Positions 47,599 to 58,000 of a stretch of DNA of 64,000 bases are shown one piece after another. The notes beneath the pieces are model-generated. The model saw only the letters and a list, made by a program, of their open reading frames with translations. It was not told the origin of the DNA and did not search any database. This stretch comes from Candidatus Latescibacterota bacterium (GTDB lineage Bacteria > Latescibacterota > UBA2968 > UBA8231). The position numbers and the translations under genes were made by a program. Position 1 is the stretch's first letter. Each line of letters opens with the position of its first letter. The stretch lies in contig CBDCDC010000002.1 in assembly GCA_965215195.1 (NCBI GenBank), positions 384,001-448,000 of the forward strand. The letters are read 5' to 3'.

Positions 47599-47874
47599 AT
47601 GGCAATGAGCAGACCCAACATGCTCTTTTTGATGGCCGACCAGATGCAGGCCCGCGTGCTCGAACCGGATCACGTCTGTCAAACTCCGCCCTTGGATCGG
47701 CTGCGTTTTACGCGCGCCTATACGCCCAATAACATTTGCTCGCCGACCCGGGCGGGGCTGTTGCGCGAACCGGCCCATGTCGCCGACGAATGGACCCGAG
47801 GGTATGCCGGACGCAGCGGCTGGTGTGGGACGGGGCGTGGAAGCTGGCCGCGGATCAAAACGAAATCTCCTTAG
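47599..47874 (+). pseudogene. Sulfatase N-terminal remnant
   Basis: RPNMLFLMADQ, TP.LDRL, formylglycine motif CSPTRAGLL; similarity then collapses and the stop lies in the MITE terminal repeat. Confidence 0.8.
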
Positions 47875-48001
47875 TACACGACCCCTAAAGTAGGCGACCC
47901 TTACTTTGAGTACGCATTTTCTGCTGTTTCCGATATGTCCGGGATCGCGGGCAAGATGCCCGCGATCCTTGGCCGGCTGAGGGCTGGTGTCGTGTACTAA
48001 G
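47870..48001. mobile_element. MITE copy 1 (132 bp)
   Basis: Perfect 13-bp TIRs cttagtacacgac / gtcgtgtactaag; 9-bp target duplication cgaaatctc at 47861-47869 and 48002-48010; internal palindrome ggatcgcgggca-aga-tgcccgcgatcc. Confidence 0.88.
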
Positions 48002-48031
48002 CGAAATCTCACAAAAATAGAGGAGCTAACG

Positions 48032-49192
48032 ATGGCACGAGATATCGAGATCACCTGTATCACTACGACGCATTTCGACTACGAGATCGCCGATCTGGAG
48101 TTGGAGGAGCAATTGGGCTTTGACACGGTTTATAGAAAAGGAGGCCGCCTGTCGCAGAGTGGCGGCTTCCTGACCATCGAGACCAGCGCCGGGGTCAGCG
48201 GCATTGCGCCCGGCGGCATCGACGGCCGCACGGCGCAGTACTTGCTCGGCCGCAACCCACTGGACCGCGAGATCATCTGGCACGATCTCAAGCGCTCGCG
48301 GCGCGGCCAAGACGGCACGCCACCGGGAGCGGCAGACACCGCGCTGTGGGATTTCGCCGGCAAACTCTACGACGCGCCGATTTACGAGCTTTTGGGCGGG
48401 GGATGGCGCAAGAAGTTGCCGGCCTACGCTTCGACCTACCACGGCGACGAAAACGGCGGTTTGACGACGCCGGACGACTTCGCGCAATTCGCGCTGCGCT
48501 GCAAGGAGCAATACGGCTACCCGGCCTTTAAGATCCACGGCTGGGTCAACGGGCCGATCGACCGCGAGGTAGCGGCGGTGTTAGCCATTCGCGCAGCCGT
48601 GGGCGACGATATGGACCTGTTGCTCGATCCGGCCGGGTGTTTTCCCACGTTCGAGGACGTGCTCAAGGTGGGTCGTGCCTGCGACGAGGCGCACTATATG
48701 TGGTATGAAGACCCGTTCAGGGGCGGCGGGTTTTCGCGCTTTGCCCATGCCAAGCTGCGCGAGCTGATCAAGACGCCGATGCTGATGGGCGAACATGTGC
48801 GCGGGCTGGAGGCCAAGGCCGACACGATTACCGCCGGTGCCACCGACTTCGTGCGCGCCAATAGCAGTGCCGATGGCGGCATTACCGGGGTGATGAAGAT
48901 CGCCGCTATGGCCGAGTCGCACGGGCTGGACGTGGAGTTGCACGGCGGCAGTCTGGCGCACCGCCACATCATGGCGACCTTGCGCAATGCCAACTATTAC
49001 GAGTTGGGCTTAGTGCATCCTTTGGTCAACGATACCAAGCCGGCGGTTTACAGCGAGAGGCGCTGGCTCGACGAGTTGGATTCGGTGGATGAGAATGGCT
49101 GCGTGGAAGTACCGGAGGGGCCGGGGCTGGGCGTGGAGTTGGACTGGGACTGGATCGCGGATCACAAGACCGGGGAAACGGTTTACGAGTAG
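48032..49192 (+). CDS. Mandelate racemase/muconate lactonizing enzyme family enolase
   Basis: DTALWD.AGK....P.Y.LLGG, AFKIH, LLLDP, WYEDP, GEH, GGITG.MK, P.GPGLGVE; GAGGAG RBS. Confidence 0.92.
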   Translation: MARDIEITCITTTHFDYEIADLELEEQLGFDTVYRKGGRLSQSGGFLTIETSAGVSGIAPGGIDGRTAQYLLGRNPLDREIIWHDLKRSRRGQDGTPPGAADTALWDFAGKLYDAPIYELLGGGWRKKLPAYASTYHGDENGGLTTPDDFAQFALRCKEQYGYPAFKIHGWVNGPIDREVAAVLAIRAAVGDDMDLLLDPAGCFPTFEDVLKVGRACDEAHYMWYEDPFRGGGFSRFAHAKLRELIKTPMLMGEHVRGLEAKADTITAGATDFVRANSSADGGITGVMKIAAMAESHGLDVELHGGSLAHRHIMATLRNANYYELGLVHPLVNDTKPAVYSERRWLDELDSVDENGCVEVPEGPGLGVELDWDWIADHKTGETVYE

Positions 49193-49216
49193 CGCACGGT
49201 GGCGGTGGCCTATTGA

Positions 49217-49384
49217 TAGCACCGCTTCTTCAGGCTCTAAGCGAACAGGGATTACGATTTGCCGTTCAAAAACAGGTTCCTCCACTTCCTCGAGTTCGTT
49301 CTCGAAATCCGTTAAGTCATGAGTGTCCCAGAAGTGAGCAAGCTCTTGAATCGAATCGGTTTGTGGAATGTTTGTACGCTTCAT
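49217..49384 (-). pseudogene. CopG/BrnA-like antitoxin truncated at the 25-bp repeat
   Basis: IPQTDSIQELAHFWDTHDLTDFE.ELEEV.EPVF motif; the expected RHH C-terminus is replaced by read-through into the repeat. Confidence 0.7.
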
Positions 49385-49476
49385 GGGTTCCTCCTTTGTC
49401 TATATCTTCGTCTTTCCCTATCGGTCATTGCTCTAGCTGTGACGGGGTAGCCTCTGCCATCGGGAAATTGGACGAG
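49381..49476 (-). pseudogene. C-terminal remnant of a BrnT-like toxin
   Basis: Hand translation LVQFPDGRGYPVTARAMTDRERRRYRQRRNP*, ATGA-coupled to the antitoxin; no start codon for the N-terminal part. Confidence 0.65.
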
Positions 49477-50145
49477 CTAGACCCCCCTCCGCTGCTGGCT
49501 TTCCACTTGCACCAGCCGCGCTTCTTCGAGCACATAACCGCTGAGCTGGCCGCCGTAGATGCAGCCCGAGTCGAGGCCGAGGAGATAGGGGCGGCGGCCG
49601 CGCTTTTTGACCACCAAGCCGCCGGGCGCGTCGTGGCCAAAGACGAGCAGGGGATGCGTCGGTTCGTAAAAGTCGTGCCAGCGCGGGCTGGCCAGATCGT
49701 CGGTGGGCGGCCAAGTGCGGATCGTCAGGAATTGGTTGCGGCGGGTGCCTTGTAAGCCCTTTTCCGGGTGGATGCCGGCGTGGACTAGGAGGAAGGCGTC
49801 TTCCGCGATGTAGAGCGGGCACTGCCGGAGCCAAGCGAGTATTTCTTCGTGGACGGGCTGAAGCTGGGCGAGGGTGTAGTCTTGGTCGGGGAACCTCACT
49901 TCGGGCTTGCGGCCCACCTCTAAGGCGGTTAGCTGCTTCAAGAGGCCGGCGTCGTGGTTGCCCAAGACCATGGCGGCCCCGGTTCCCCGGATCAACTGCC
50001 ACACTGCCAGCGGGTCCGGGCCGCGAGAAAAGGCATCGCCGGTCAGCAACAGGCGATCTTTGGCTCGGTCGCAATTTATCTTGGCAAGGAGGGCTGCAAA
50101 CTCGGCGGCGCAGCCGTGGACATCGCCGACGAAAATGGTGCGCAT
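49477..50145 (-). CDS. Calcineurin-like metallophosphoesterase (ApaH/PrpE-like)
   Basis: GDVHGC, GD..SRGP, GNHD, VHAG, FGH, LDSGC.YGG.L. Confidence 0.9.
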   Translation of the reverse strand: MRTIFVGDVHGCAAEFAALLAKINCDRAKDRLLLTGDAFSRGPDPLAVWQLIRGTGAAMVLGNHDAGLLKQLTALEVGRKPEVRFPDQDYTLAQLQPVHEEILAWLRQCPLYIAEDAFLLVHAGIHPEKGLQGTRRNQFLTIRTWPPTDDLASPRWHDFYEPTHPLLVFGHDAPGGLVVKKRGRRPYLLGLDSGCIYGGQLSGYVLEEARLVQVESQQRRGV

Positions 50146-50286
50146 TAGATTTTCCTATATAGCAAGTCGAGCCGTGGATCGTCTGGCGTCCATCTGCGGA
50201 GCTTCTTGTGTAATGATGTAGGATTGCTGTATTTGCGTTGCCGCAGAGCAAACCCTATCATACTCACCACTTCAAGATAGCCTCTG

Positions 50287-51627
50287 ATGGAAACTGCGAC
50301 CACACTCAGCCCTGCTCCAGCGTCCTGCCACGTGATGGCCAAGCCTTCGGGCTCGGTCTGCAACATTGACTGCAAGTACTGCTTCTATCTGGAAAAGGAG
50401 AAGCTCTACCCAGACGCGCACAAAAATTGGCGCATGTCCGATGAGACGCTCGCACGCTACGTCAAGCAGTACATTGAGGCCCAAGACGTGCCGCAGGTGG
50501 ACTTTGCTTGGCAGGGCGGCGAGCCGACCCTGATGGGCGTGGACTTCTTCCGCCGCGCAGTCCAGCTACAGCAGCAATACGCCGACGGCAAGCTGGTCAC
50601 CAACGCCTTCCAGACCAACGGCATCCTCCTCAACGACGAGTGGGGCGAGTTCCTCGCCGAAAACAAATTCCTAGTCGGGCTGTCGATTGACGGGCCGCGC
50701 CAATACCACGACCGCTACCGAGTTGACAAGGGCCAGAAGCCGACCTACGACCGCGTGTACGCCGGCCTGCAGATGCTCAAGAAACACGCGGTTGAATTCA
50801 ATACCCTGACCGTGCTGCAAAACCACAATGCCGCTCATCCCCTCGAGATCTACCGCTTCCTGCGCGAAGAGGGCTCGGGGTTTATGCAGTTTATTCCCAT
50901 CGTCGAGCGCATCGCGCACGAGCCGGACGAGGACGGGCTGGCCTTGGTCGATCCCGAATACGAGGGACGAGCGCCGGTTTCCAAGTGGTCGGTGGGGCCG
51001 GGGCAGTACGGCAAGTTCCTCTGCGCGATCTTCGACGAATGGGTGCGCAACGACGTCGGCCAAGTCTTCGTGCAGCTCTTTGACGTGACCCTCGGCTCGT
51101 GGCTGGGCCAGGATGCGAGCCTGTGCATCTTCGCCGAGACCTGCGGCAAGGCCCTGATCATTGAGCACAATGGCGACCTCTATTCCTGCGATCACTTCGT
51201 CTATTCAGACTATCGCTTGGGCAACGTCCACGACGAGAGCATCCGCGACATGGTAGCCAGCCCGCAACAGACCAAGTTCGGGCAGGACAAAAAGGACGCA
51301 CTGCCCCAGTACTGCATTGAATGCGAGTACCGCTTTGCCTGCAACGGCGGCTGCCCCAAGCACCGCTTTACCAAAACCCCGCGCGGCGAGGACGGCCTCA
51401 ACTACCTGTGCAAAGGGTACAAGATGTACTTCGAGCACGTCGATCCCTACATGCGCTTTATGGCCAATGAGTTGCGGCAAGGCCGACCGGCCACCGGTGC
51501 GATGGAATGGTGTAGAAAAAGGGACGCGGTCAAGGCGGCCCTGCACCAAAAGGCCCCCGGCCGCAACGACCCGTGCCCCTGCGGCAGCGGCAAGAAGTAC
51601 AAGCGCTGCTGTGGCCGGGCCGCATAA
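50287..51627 (+). CDS. Anaerobic sulfatase maturase (radical SAM/SPASM) with C-terminal SEC-C motif
   Basis: CNIDCKYCFY, WQGGEPTL, YSCDHFVY, C..C.....CNGGCPK, PGRNDPCPCGSGKKYKRCC. Confidence 0.95.
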   Translation: METATTLSPAPASCHVMAKPSGSVCNIDCKYCFYLEKEKLYPDAHKNWRMSDETLARYVKQYIEAQDVPQVDFAWQGGEPTLMGVDFFRRAVQLQQQYADGKLVTNAFQTNGILLNDEWGEFLAENKFLVGLSIDGPRQYHDRYRVDKGQKPTYDRVYAGLQMLKKHAVEFNTLTVLQNHNAAHPLEIYRFLREEGSGFMQFIPIVERIAHEPDEDGLALVDPEYEGRAPVSKWSVGPGQYGKFLCAIFDEWVRNDVGQVFVQLFDVTLGSWLGQDASLCIFAETCGKALIIEHNGDLYSCDHFVYSDYRLGNVHDESIRDMVASPQQTKFGQDKKDALPQYCIECEYRFACNGGCPKHRFTKTPRGEDGLNYLCKGYKMYFEHVDPYMRFMANELRQGRPATGAMEWCRKRDAVKAALHQKAPGRNDPCPCGSGKKYKRCCGRAA

Positions 51628-51640
51628 CAGAAAGGAAACA

Positions 51641-52543
51641 ATGGTCGATATCGAGCTAATTCCCGCAGACTGCAAGGCCGTCGTCGCCATTGACGGCCAG
51701 CTTTTTACCGAGTACCGCTACGGCCACTACGTGTGCCGCCCGTACTTCTATCCAGTGCTGACGCCCAGCGGTGCCGGCCTCACCCGCGCCTACCCGCTGG
51801 AAGATGTCGCTGGCGAGACGCAGGACCACTACCACCATCGCGGCATGTACACGGCCCACGGCCTCGTCAACGGCCACAACCTGTGGGACGAGGGCACCGG
51901 CCACGGAGCCATGCTGCAACGAGGCGAGCCAGTAGTAGGCACAGTCGACGGTGCAGCCCAGATCGATGGGATCGTCGATTGGTTCGGGCCGGAGGGCGAG
52001 AAGCTGTTAGAGGAGCGGCGCACCATCGCCATCCGCGCCGAAGGTGCGCTGCGGATCGTGGACCAGCGCAGCGAGTTGCGCGCCCGCTACGGCGACGCGA
52101 CCTTCGGCGACACCAAAGAAGGCGGGCTGTTTGCGATCCGGGTGCCGACCTCTATGGATGCCAAGGACGCAGGACGAATTGAAAACTCGGCCGGCCAAGT
52201 CTTTGAAAACGGCCAAGGCGAGGAGGTTACTTGGGGTCAGCAGGCGGCTTGGGTGGATTATTCCGGGCCGATAGCCGCTGGCGAGGAGTGGGGGCACACG
52301 GTCGTCGATCACCGCGACAACCCCCGCCACCCGACCTACTGGCACGTGCGCGGCTACGGGCTGTTTACCGCCAACCCCTTTGGAGTCCACGATTTCAAGG
52401 GCGACGCAAGCCTAGACGCGAGCCTGACCATCTCCGGCGGCGACAAGGCCGTCTTCTGCTACCGGCTGATCATCCACCCCGGCCGCGGCGTTGACGGGCA
52501 CCCAGACGTGCGCCGGCTCATCGAACAGTTCCAAGCGGGATAG
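51641..52543 (+). CDS. DUF6807 ('PmoA-like') beta-sandwich protein
   Basis: RPYFYPV.TP.G..LTR.YP, DH.HHRG, FGDTKEGG, WHVR.YGLF.ANPFG. Confidence 0.75.
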   Translation: MVDIELIPADCKAVVAIDGQLFTEYRYGHYVCRPYFYPVLTPSGAGLTRAYPLEDVAGETQDHYHHRGMYTAHGLVNGHNLWDEGTGHGAMLQRGEPVVGTVDGAAQIDGIVDWFGPEGEKLLEERRTIAIRAEGALRIVDQRSELRARYGDATFGDTKEGGLFAIRVPTSMDAKDAGRIENSAGQVFENGQGEEVTWGQQAAWVDYSGPIAAGEEWGHTVVDHRDNPRHPTYWHVRGYGLFTANPFGVHDFKGDASLDASLTISGGDKAVFCYRLIIHPGRGVDGHPDVRRLIEQFQAG

Positions 52544-52561
52544 AATGGTATCTATGGGAGG

Positions 52562-52589
52562 AAAAACCGGTCTGCGGGCCGGTTTTTTT
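52562..52589 (+). terminator. Rho-independent terminator (possibly bidirectional)
   Basis: AAAAACCGGTC-TGCG-GGCCGGTTTTTTT. Confidence 0.75.
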
Positions 52590-52623
52590 GTGCCTCGCCA
52601 CCATCTCAAACAGACGGAGAGCA

Positions 52624-53688
52624 ATGACTAAGAGTACGCAAGACAAGCTGCGCGTCGCCCTAATCGGTGCCGGAGGGATTGCTGGGTTGCACCTGCGCCA
52701 TTACCAAAACATGGACGACGTGGAGATAGTGGCCGTGGCAGACGTGGACTTAGAAAGAGCGCTAAAATACTGCGAGGAATGCGAAATCCCCGCAGCCTAC
52801 GCCGACTACGAGCAGATGCTCCGGCAGGTCGAACCCGACGCGGTGAGCGTCTGCACGCCCAATAACCTGCACGCGGCCTGCTCCATCGCCGCGCTCAATG
52901 CGGGTACCCACGTCCTCGTGGAGAAGCCTTTAGCCATGAACGCGCGCGAGGGGCAAAAGATGCTCGACGCCGCCGAGAAAAACGGCAAAAAGCTGGTCAT
53001 CGGCTTCCAGAACCGCTATGAGCCGAAGACGCAGTTTATCAAGAGGGCCATTGACAACGGCGAATTGGGCGCGGTCCTGTACGCCCGGGTGCAAGCTCTG
53101 CGCCGGCGGGGAATTCCCAACTGGGGCGTTTTTGGCCGCAAGGACCTACAAGGCGGCGGCCCCCTGATCGACATTGGCGTCCACATGCTGGAGACCACGC
53201 ACTATGCGATGGGCGCACCCAAACCAGTGGCAGCGAGTGGCTCCACCTATACCTACCTCGGCGACAAGCCGTCAAACGTGGCCTCGCACTGGCCCAACTG
53301 GGATTACGAGACCTATACGGTAGAGGACTTAGCGGTGGGCCATATCCGCTTTGCCAATGGCGCGATGCTCAGTATTGAGACCAGCTTTGCCGCCCATATC
53401 GAGAAGAACGAGTGGAACTTCACGCTGATGGGCGAAAAAGGCGGTGCCAACTGGGAGCCGGCGGGGTTTTTCCACGACGCCAACGATTACATGGTCAACA
53501 CCCGGCCCGACTGGATGCCCAGCGGCCCGGCGGCCGACGCCTTCGGCCAGAAGATGCGCAACTTCGTCGATTGCGTACTCTACGGCGCGGAAACCCTGTC
53601 GCCGGCAGAGCACGGGCTGATGGTGCAGAAGATGATCGACGGGCTGTACGAATCGGCCGCGCAGGGGCGAGAAGTGCGGATCGAATAG
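52624..53688 (+). CDS. Gfo/Idh/MocA family oxidoreductase
   Basis: LIGAGGIA, VCTPNNLH, HVLVEKPLA, RRRGIPNWG, GGGPLIDIGVH. Confidence 0.93.
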   Translation: MTKSTQDKLRVALIGAGGIAGLHLRHYQNMDDVEIVAVADVDLERALKYCEECEIPAAYADYEQMLRQVEPDAVSVCTPNNLHAACSIAALNAGTHVLVEKPLAMNAREGQKMLDAAEKNGKKLVIGFQNRYEPKTQFIKRAIDNGELGAVLYARVQALRRRGIPNWGVFGRKDLQGGGPLIDIGVHMLETTHYAMGAPKPVAASGSTYTYLGDKPSNVASHWPNWDYETYTVEDLAVGHIRFANGAMLSIETSFAAHIEKNEWNFTLMGEKGGANWEPAGFFHDANDYMVNTRPDWMPSGPAADAFGQKMRNFVDCVLYGAETLSPAEHGLMVQKMIDGLYESAAQGREVRIE

Positions 53689-53727
53689 GCGTTGGTTTTT
53701 TTCTAAAGTGGCGTACATTTTGCACTG

Positions 53728-54987
53728 ATGCTAAAAATTATACGCCCAATCCAACAAGACATACAGGACGTTCACCAGCGCGAACGCGGACGCCTCCTCG
53801 TGCTTACGGGTGCCCGCCAAGTGGGGAAATCCACCCTTGCCAGCATGGCGTTCCCCGACTATCCGGCGATTAATCTAGATTCGCCTGTAGAACGAGCGGC
53901 CTACGAACAGCTAGCGCCGGAGGAATGGCTTGCCCGCTACCCCCGCGCCATCGTTGATGAGGCGCAGAAGCTGCCAGCGGTCATCGAGACCTTAAAAGCG
54001 TGTTACGACCGCGATGCGCGGGTGCGTTATATCCTGCTGGGGTCAAGCCAAATTCTGCTGCTCGAAAAAGTGCGCGAATCACTGGCTGGGCGCGCTGCGC
54101 TCCGAGCGCTTTTTCCGTTTACCCTGCCGGAATTGCTGGCCTCGACCGGGGCAAGCCGCTTGGTCGAGGTACTCGCTGCCGACGATCCGGTCCGCGCCCT
54201 CGACCAGCTATGTCCGGCGACCTACCGCATTACCCCAGCCTACGCGCTGGCCAAAACGCGCTGGGAGTATTTCCTCCACTGGGGCGGTATGCCGCGGCTT
54301 AGGGAGTGGGACGACGAGGACCGCTTCGCGTGGTTGCAGGACTACCAAGCGATGTATCTCCAGCGCGACTTGGGCGATCTGGCGCAGTTGCGGCGGCTGG
54401 AGCCTTTTGTTCGCGCTCAGCAAGCGGCGGCCCTGCGTTCGGGGAAAGTGATCAATTTTTCGGATCTGGCGCGGCTGAGCGATGTGTCTCCGGCGACAGC
54501 GCGGCAGTTTATGCGCTATTTGGAACTGAGCTACCAGATTATTCTGCTGCCGGCTTGGTATCGCAACGCAGAAAAACGCCTGAGCAAGCAAAGCAAGCTG
54601 CACTTTGTCGATCCGGGGATCCGGCGGAGCATTTTGCGGAAGCGCGGGGAAATTGACGGCGCGGAACTAGAAAGTGCGGTGGTGGCTGAAATCTACAAGC
54701 AGTGCCGCAACGCCCAACTACCGGTTGATCTATACCATCTGCGCACGGCGGATCGGCGCGAGGTGGACTTGTTGATTGAGCGCGAGGATGGGTTTATCGC
54801 AGTGGAAGTCAAACAGACCGCGAGGGTCAGCGTCGCCGATTTTCGCCACCTGCGCGGTTTAGAGGACTTGCTGGACAAGCCGTTGCTGTTGGGCTTAGTC
54901 GTTTCAAACGATGCGTTGAGCATTCCCAGCGCGGACGGGCGGCTGCGCCACGTGGCCATTCCGCATTTGCTGTCGGGAGGGGGATAG
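53728..54987 (+). CDS. AAA+ ATPase (AAA_14 + DUF4143 nuclease-like C-terminus)
   Basis: GARQVGKST, VDEAQK.P, LGSS, ESLAGR, GGMP, K.HF.D.G, EVDL..E...VEVK. Confidence 0.88.
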   Translation: MLKIIRPIQQDIQDVHQRERGRLLVLTGARQVGKSTLASMAFPDYPAINLDSPVERAAYEQLAPEEWLARYPRAIVDEAQKLPAVIETLKACYDRDARVRYILLGSSQILLLEKVRESLAGRAALRALFPFTLPELLASTGASRLVEVLAADDPVRALDQLCPATYRITPAYALAKTRWEYFLHWGGMPRLREWDDEDRFAWLQDYQAMYLQRDLGDLAQLRRLEPFVRAQQAAALRSGKVINFSDLARLSDVSPATARQFMRYLELSYQIILLPAWYRNAEKRLSKQSKLHFVDPGIRRSILRKRGEIDGAELESAVVAEIYKQCRNAQLPVDLYHLRTADRREVDLLIEREDGFIAVEVKQTARVSVADFRHLRGLEDLLDKPLLLGLVVSNDALSIPSADGRLRHVAIPHLLSGGG

Positions 54988-55029
54988 GTTGCCAATGGGC
55001 CCTATCCGCGTTGATTGAAGTTCCCTAGA

Positions 55030-58000
55030 CTAGCTTCCTCTTAAAAAAAGAAAAACCCTTGATGGAGTGTCGCCGCCAAACAGTTTCTTATTGCGGAGAT
55101 TCTCCCATTTTTTGAATCGCTCCCGCAACCTACTTCTGATACTGGGCCAAAACAACCTCATCGGTTCATTGCGGTCTTCGTATTCTGATCGCCAAAACTC
55201 ATACCTTCCGTCAACAATCTTTGCGAACAAAATGGAAAAGCGCCAGAATTCATCGGCCTCATTCGCATCGCACATCTGAGCGAACCAATATCTCGCCCAA
55301 GTATTCCGGTCATAGGCATAACGTGCAGCTTTGTGTGCATCCCCAATGAAACCGTCGGCGTCCTGATAGCGGTCAAGCACATCGTCATTGAATTCACTGT
55401 TATCTGAAAAACCAGCGACCATGATCGCACGAGCTATTTCAGCGGGTTCTTTTCTCTCTAGTTTGGCATCGATATACTGGCGTAGCAGGTTTTGTTTGTC
55501 CTTCAGATGCGCGACAAGAATCTCTTTCGAGAGTTCGTAGTCGTTCGCCGCCCTGTCCAAGCGTTCAAAACGCAAATCATTTAGAATCTCTGTGTCCGAG
55601 CCGCCCCAGACCGCCATAGCATCCAGAGATACAGCCGCACGGCCAAAAGTAAGGCGAATCAAGGGATGACCATCTTGGACTATGCGGAATAGTTTGGCCG
55701 CCTTTTCTGGGCATCGCTTGCCCAACGCATGGGCGAGAAGAAGAACAAGATTGTGAACTACAGGTAACCGGCCCTTGTCCAAGCCGATAAACATATCGTA
55801 CCACTGATTGGCTAAGTCCTCGTTGGACTCGACAATTGAACAGAAATTACCAAGCCCATCACGCCCAAGGTGGTCAAGAATGATGTGAGCCTTTTGGGCA
55901 GTCAGCCTATCTCTAAATGCTCGGTAGGTCTCTTGGTTGCGATTCTGTCTCTCTATAAATTCCTCATTGCTTTCCGCAAATCGGTCCCATTGATCAGCTA
56001 GATCGGTCGGCCTATCTGAGATGCTGAGAAGCGAACCGGATCTTTCCTCGTAGCCGATACGCATCTCAATATCGGGTGCGGTGATACCCACTTCCAGATT
56101 GGTGACACAACAAATCGAGGCATGTACGTGCAGGGCAGCACCACGCACAGCGTCACGCCTGCCCCGCTGGCTCCATGCGGCTGCCGCTCGGCCATAGAAA
56201 TCGGGAGACATACGGTCAAGCGCGTCGCTATATTCGATGATGCCATACGCGGCTGCCTGAACCAATATAGCAGAACCATAGAAAACCTCATAATCTTTGC
56301 TCTCCGAAACCTGCAAGTCGCCACAGGACACTTCGGCAAGAAGGGTTTCGTCGTCAAGCTGGGCAATGATGCCCAAAGCCTGAACACGAACCCGTTCAGA
56401 CTGAGCTTTTGAAAGGTAAGCGATATGCTTACGAGAGTTGATAGAAATAGGTGTTAATGTCTCTTTCGCAAATCCCAGAAGTACGAACTGTGTATGTTCG
56501 TCCCCATTCTGGCAAGCCGATTTCAAAAGATTGTCGAATACCCTTTCCTCCAAAGGTTTTGCGATATCCATAAGGACTGCGAGTATACTACACTCAGGGG
56601 AGACGGATAACAGGGCGTCTATCTGCTCTCGGCCGCTCAGAAATGGGAAGGCGAGGAGAAGGCTATATTGGGAGATACTCCATCGGCCCTGCTCAGGAAG
56701 ATCATTTTCGTTCGTTTCTTCGCTTTCCTGCGACCCTAAAAGTTCAAGTCCGTTCTCTTTTGTCAGCAGCGCATTGTGGTCAAGAAGTTCGAATAATCCT
56801 AAGTACAGTAGCTGACCCTGCCGGCGTACAACATCTTGAGCAAATTCCCTGTGCTTGGCTATAGCCACTCGGGCTTCAAAACGAGCCATCCCCGGCCGGG
56901 CCATAGCAAAAAAATGATCTTCGGAGGTAGTGCTCCTGCTTAATCGAAGCTTCTTAACGTCAATGTCTCTATAGTTTTGTGCCGTTTGCTTCACGTTATC
57001 GGGCTTTTCCGATGTAGGATCGCAAGGGTCGGTTGAGCAATAATTCTCCACGCGTCGCCAACTAGGAAAATAGGTGTGATCCTCGGTCAGCTTCTCTACT
57101 AGTATCCTTGCCTGCTTGGCGTCTTCGGTGTTGCCTGTTGACTGTAAGATATTGACAAGTGTCCACTTACCCGTATCCGAAATTTCTTCTTGCCTCAATA
57201 CATCGACTTCTTTCAACAGTGCGACACGAGCATCGGACCAGTCGACACGGTTGAACTGAACAAGGTGCCTGAATTCTCGATCTGGAGGCATAAGTTCGGT
57301 ATTGAGCGCATTGGCAAAGCTCCATTGTACGAGGGCTTGTGCAGCCGGCGCAATCGGTTTGCCGGCGAGCAGGATGAATGCGAAATGCGAGAGCGAATTC
57401 AGCGCACCATCTGCTTCCGTTAGTTCAGAGAGAATTTTCCTTTCGGCTTTCGATAATACCTCCAGTCTCTCACGAATTTCCCTCTTTTTCTTTTTGTACT
57501 TCTTTTTCTTCTCATTGGACGAGAAAAAAAAGGAAGCCGGGAACAAACCACGCTCTGGAGCCAGTGAGTAACAGGAGAGCCAAGTCTGAATCTCTTTGAA
57601 TATTATTTTCCAAGCATTTTCATCCTCACGAGCAAGTATCAGTGCTTTTTGAACCCAGTCGAAATTGCTCTGATGGCCACCGGATAGGCAGAGACGGTGT
57701 GCAGCTTCAGTAAACAGGGCGGGGCAGATTCTCGCCAGACTAGCAAACGAGGCGAATTCGTCTTCATCCGGGTTCTGTAGATCCGCAAACACCCGGATGA
57801 GGGGGGTAGCAATTTTAGGGTCGCCGCTGTAAAGGCAGGTCACGGTAAGTGCCGCGAGGACGGCATTTGCTGTCTTGTCTAGTGCCGAGATAGGTTCAAT
57901 GATTTCTTCCACCGCTTCATCAAGATCGCGATCAGTACGTGAGGCACTGTAGAGACGATCAATTACGGCGAAACCGAGGGCCAATATCAGGCCGTCTTCA

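Larger units (their letters stand above)
47546..49216. repeat. Perfect 25-bp direct repeat (47546-47570 and 49192-49216) duplicating the 3' end of 44931..47570
   Basis: gcgcacggtggcggtggcctattga occurs at both positions. Confidence 0.92.

Noticed and set aside
25012-49216. Integron cassette array as explanation for the TA cassettes
   Set aside because: No intI, no attC-like structures, and cassettes are dispersed rather than tandem.
51641-52543. Particulate methane monooxygenase subunit
   Set aside because: Soluble-looking protein without TM helices, no pmoB/pmoC; the family label is misleading.
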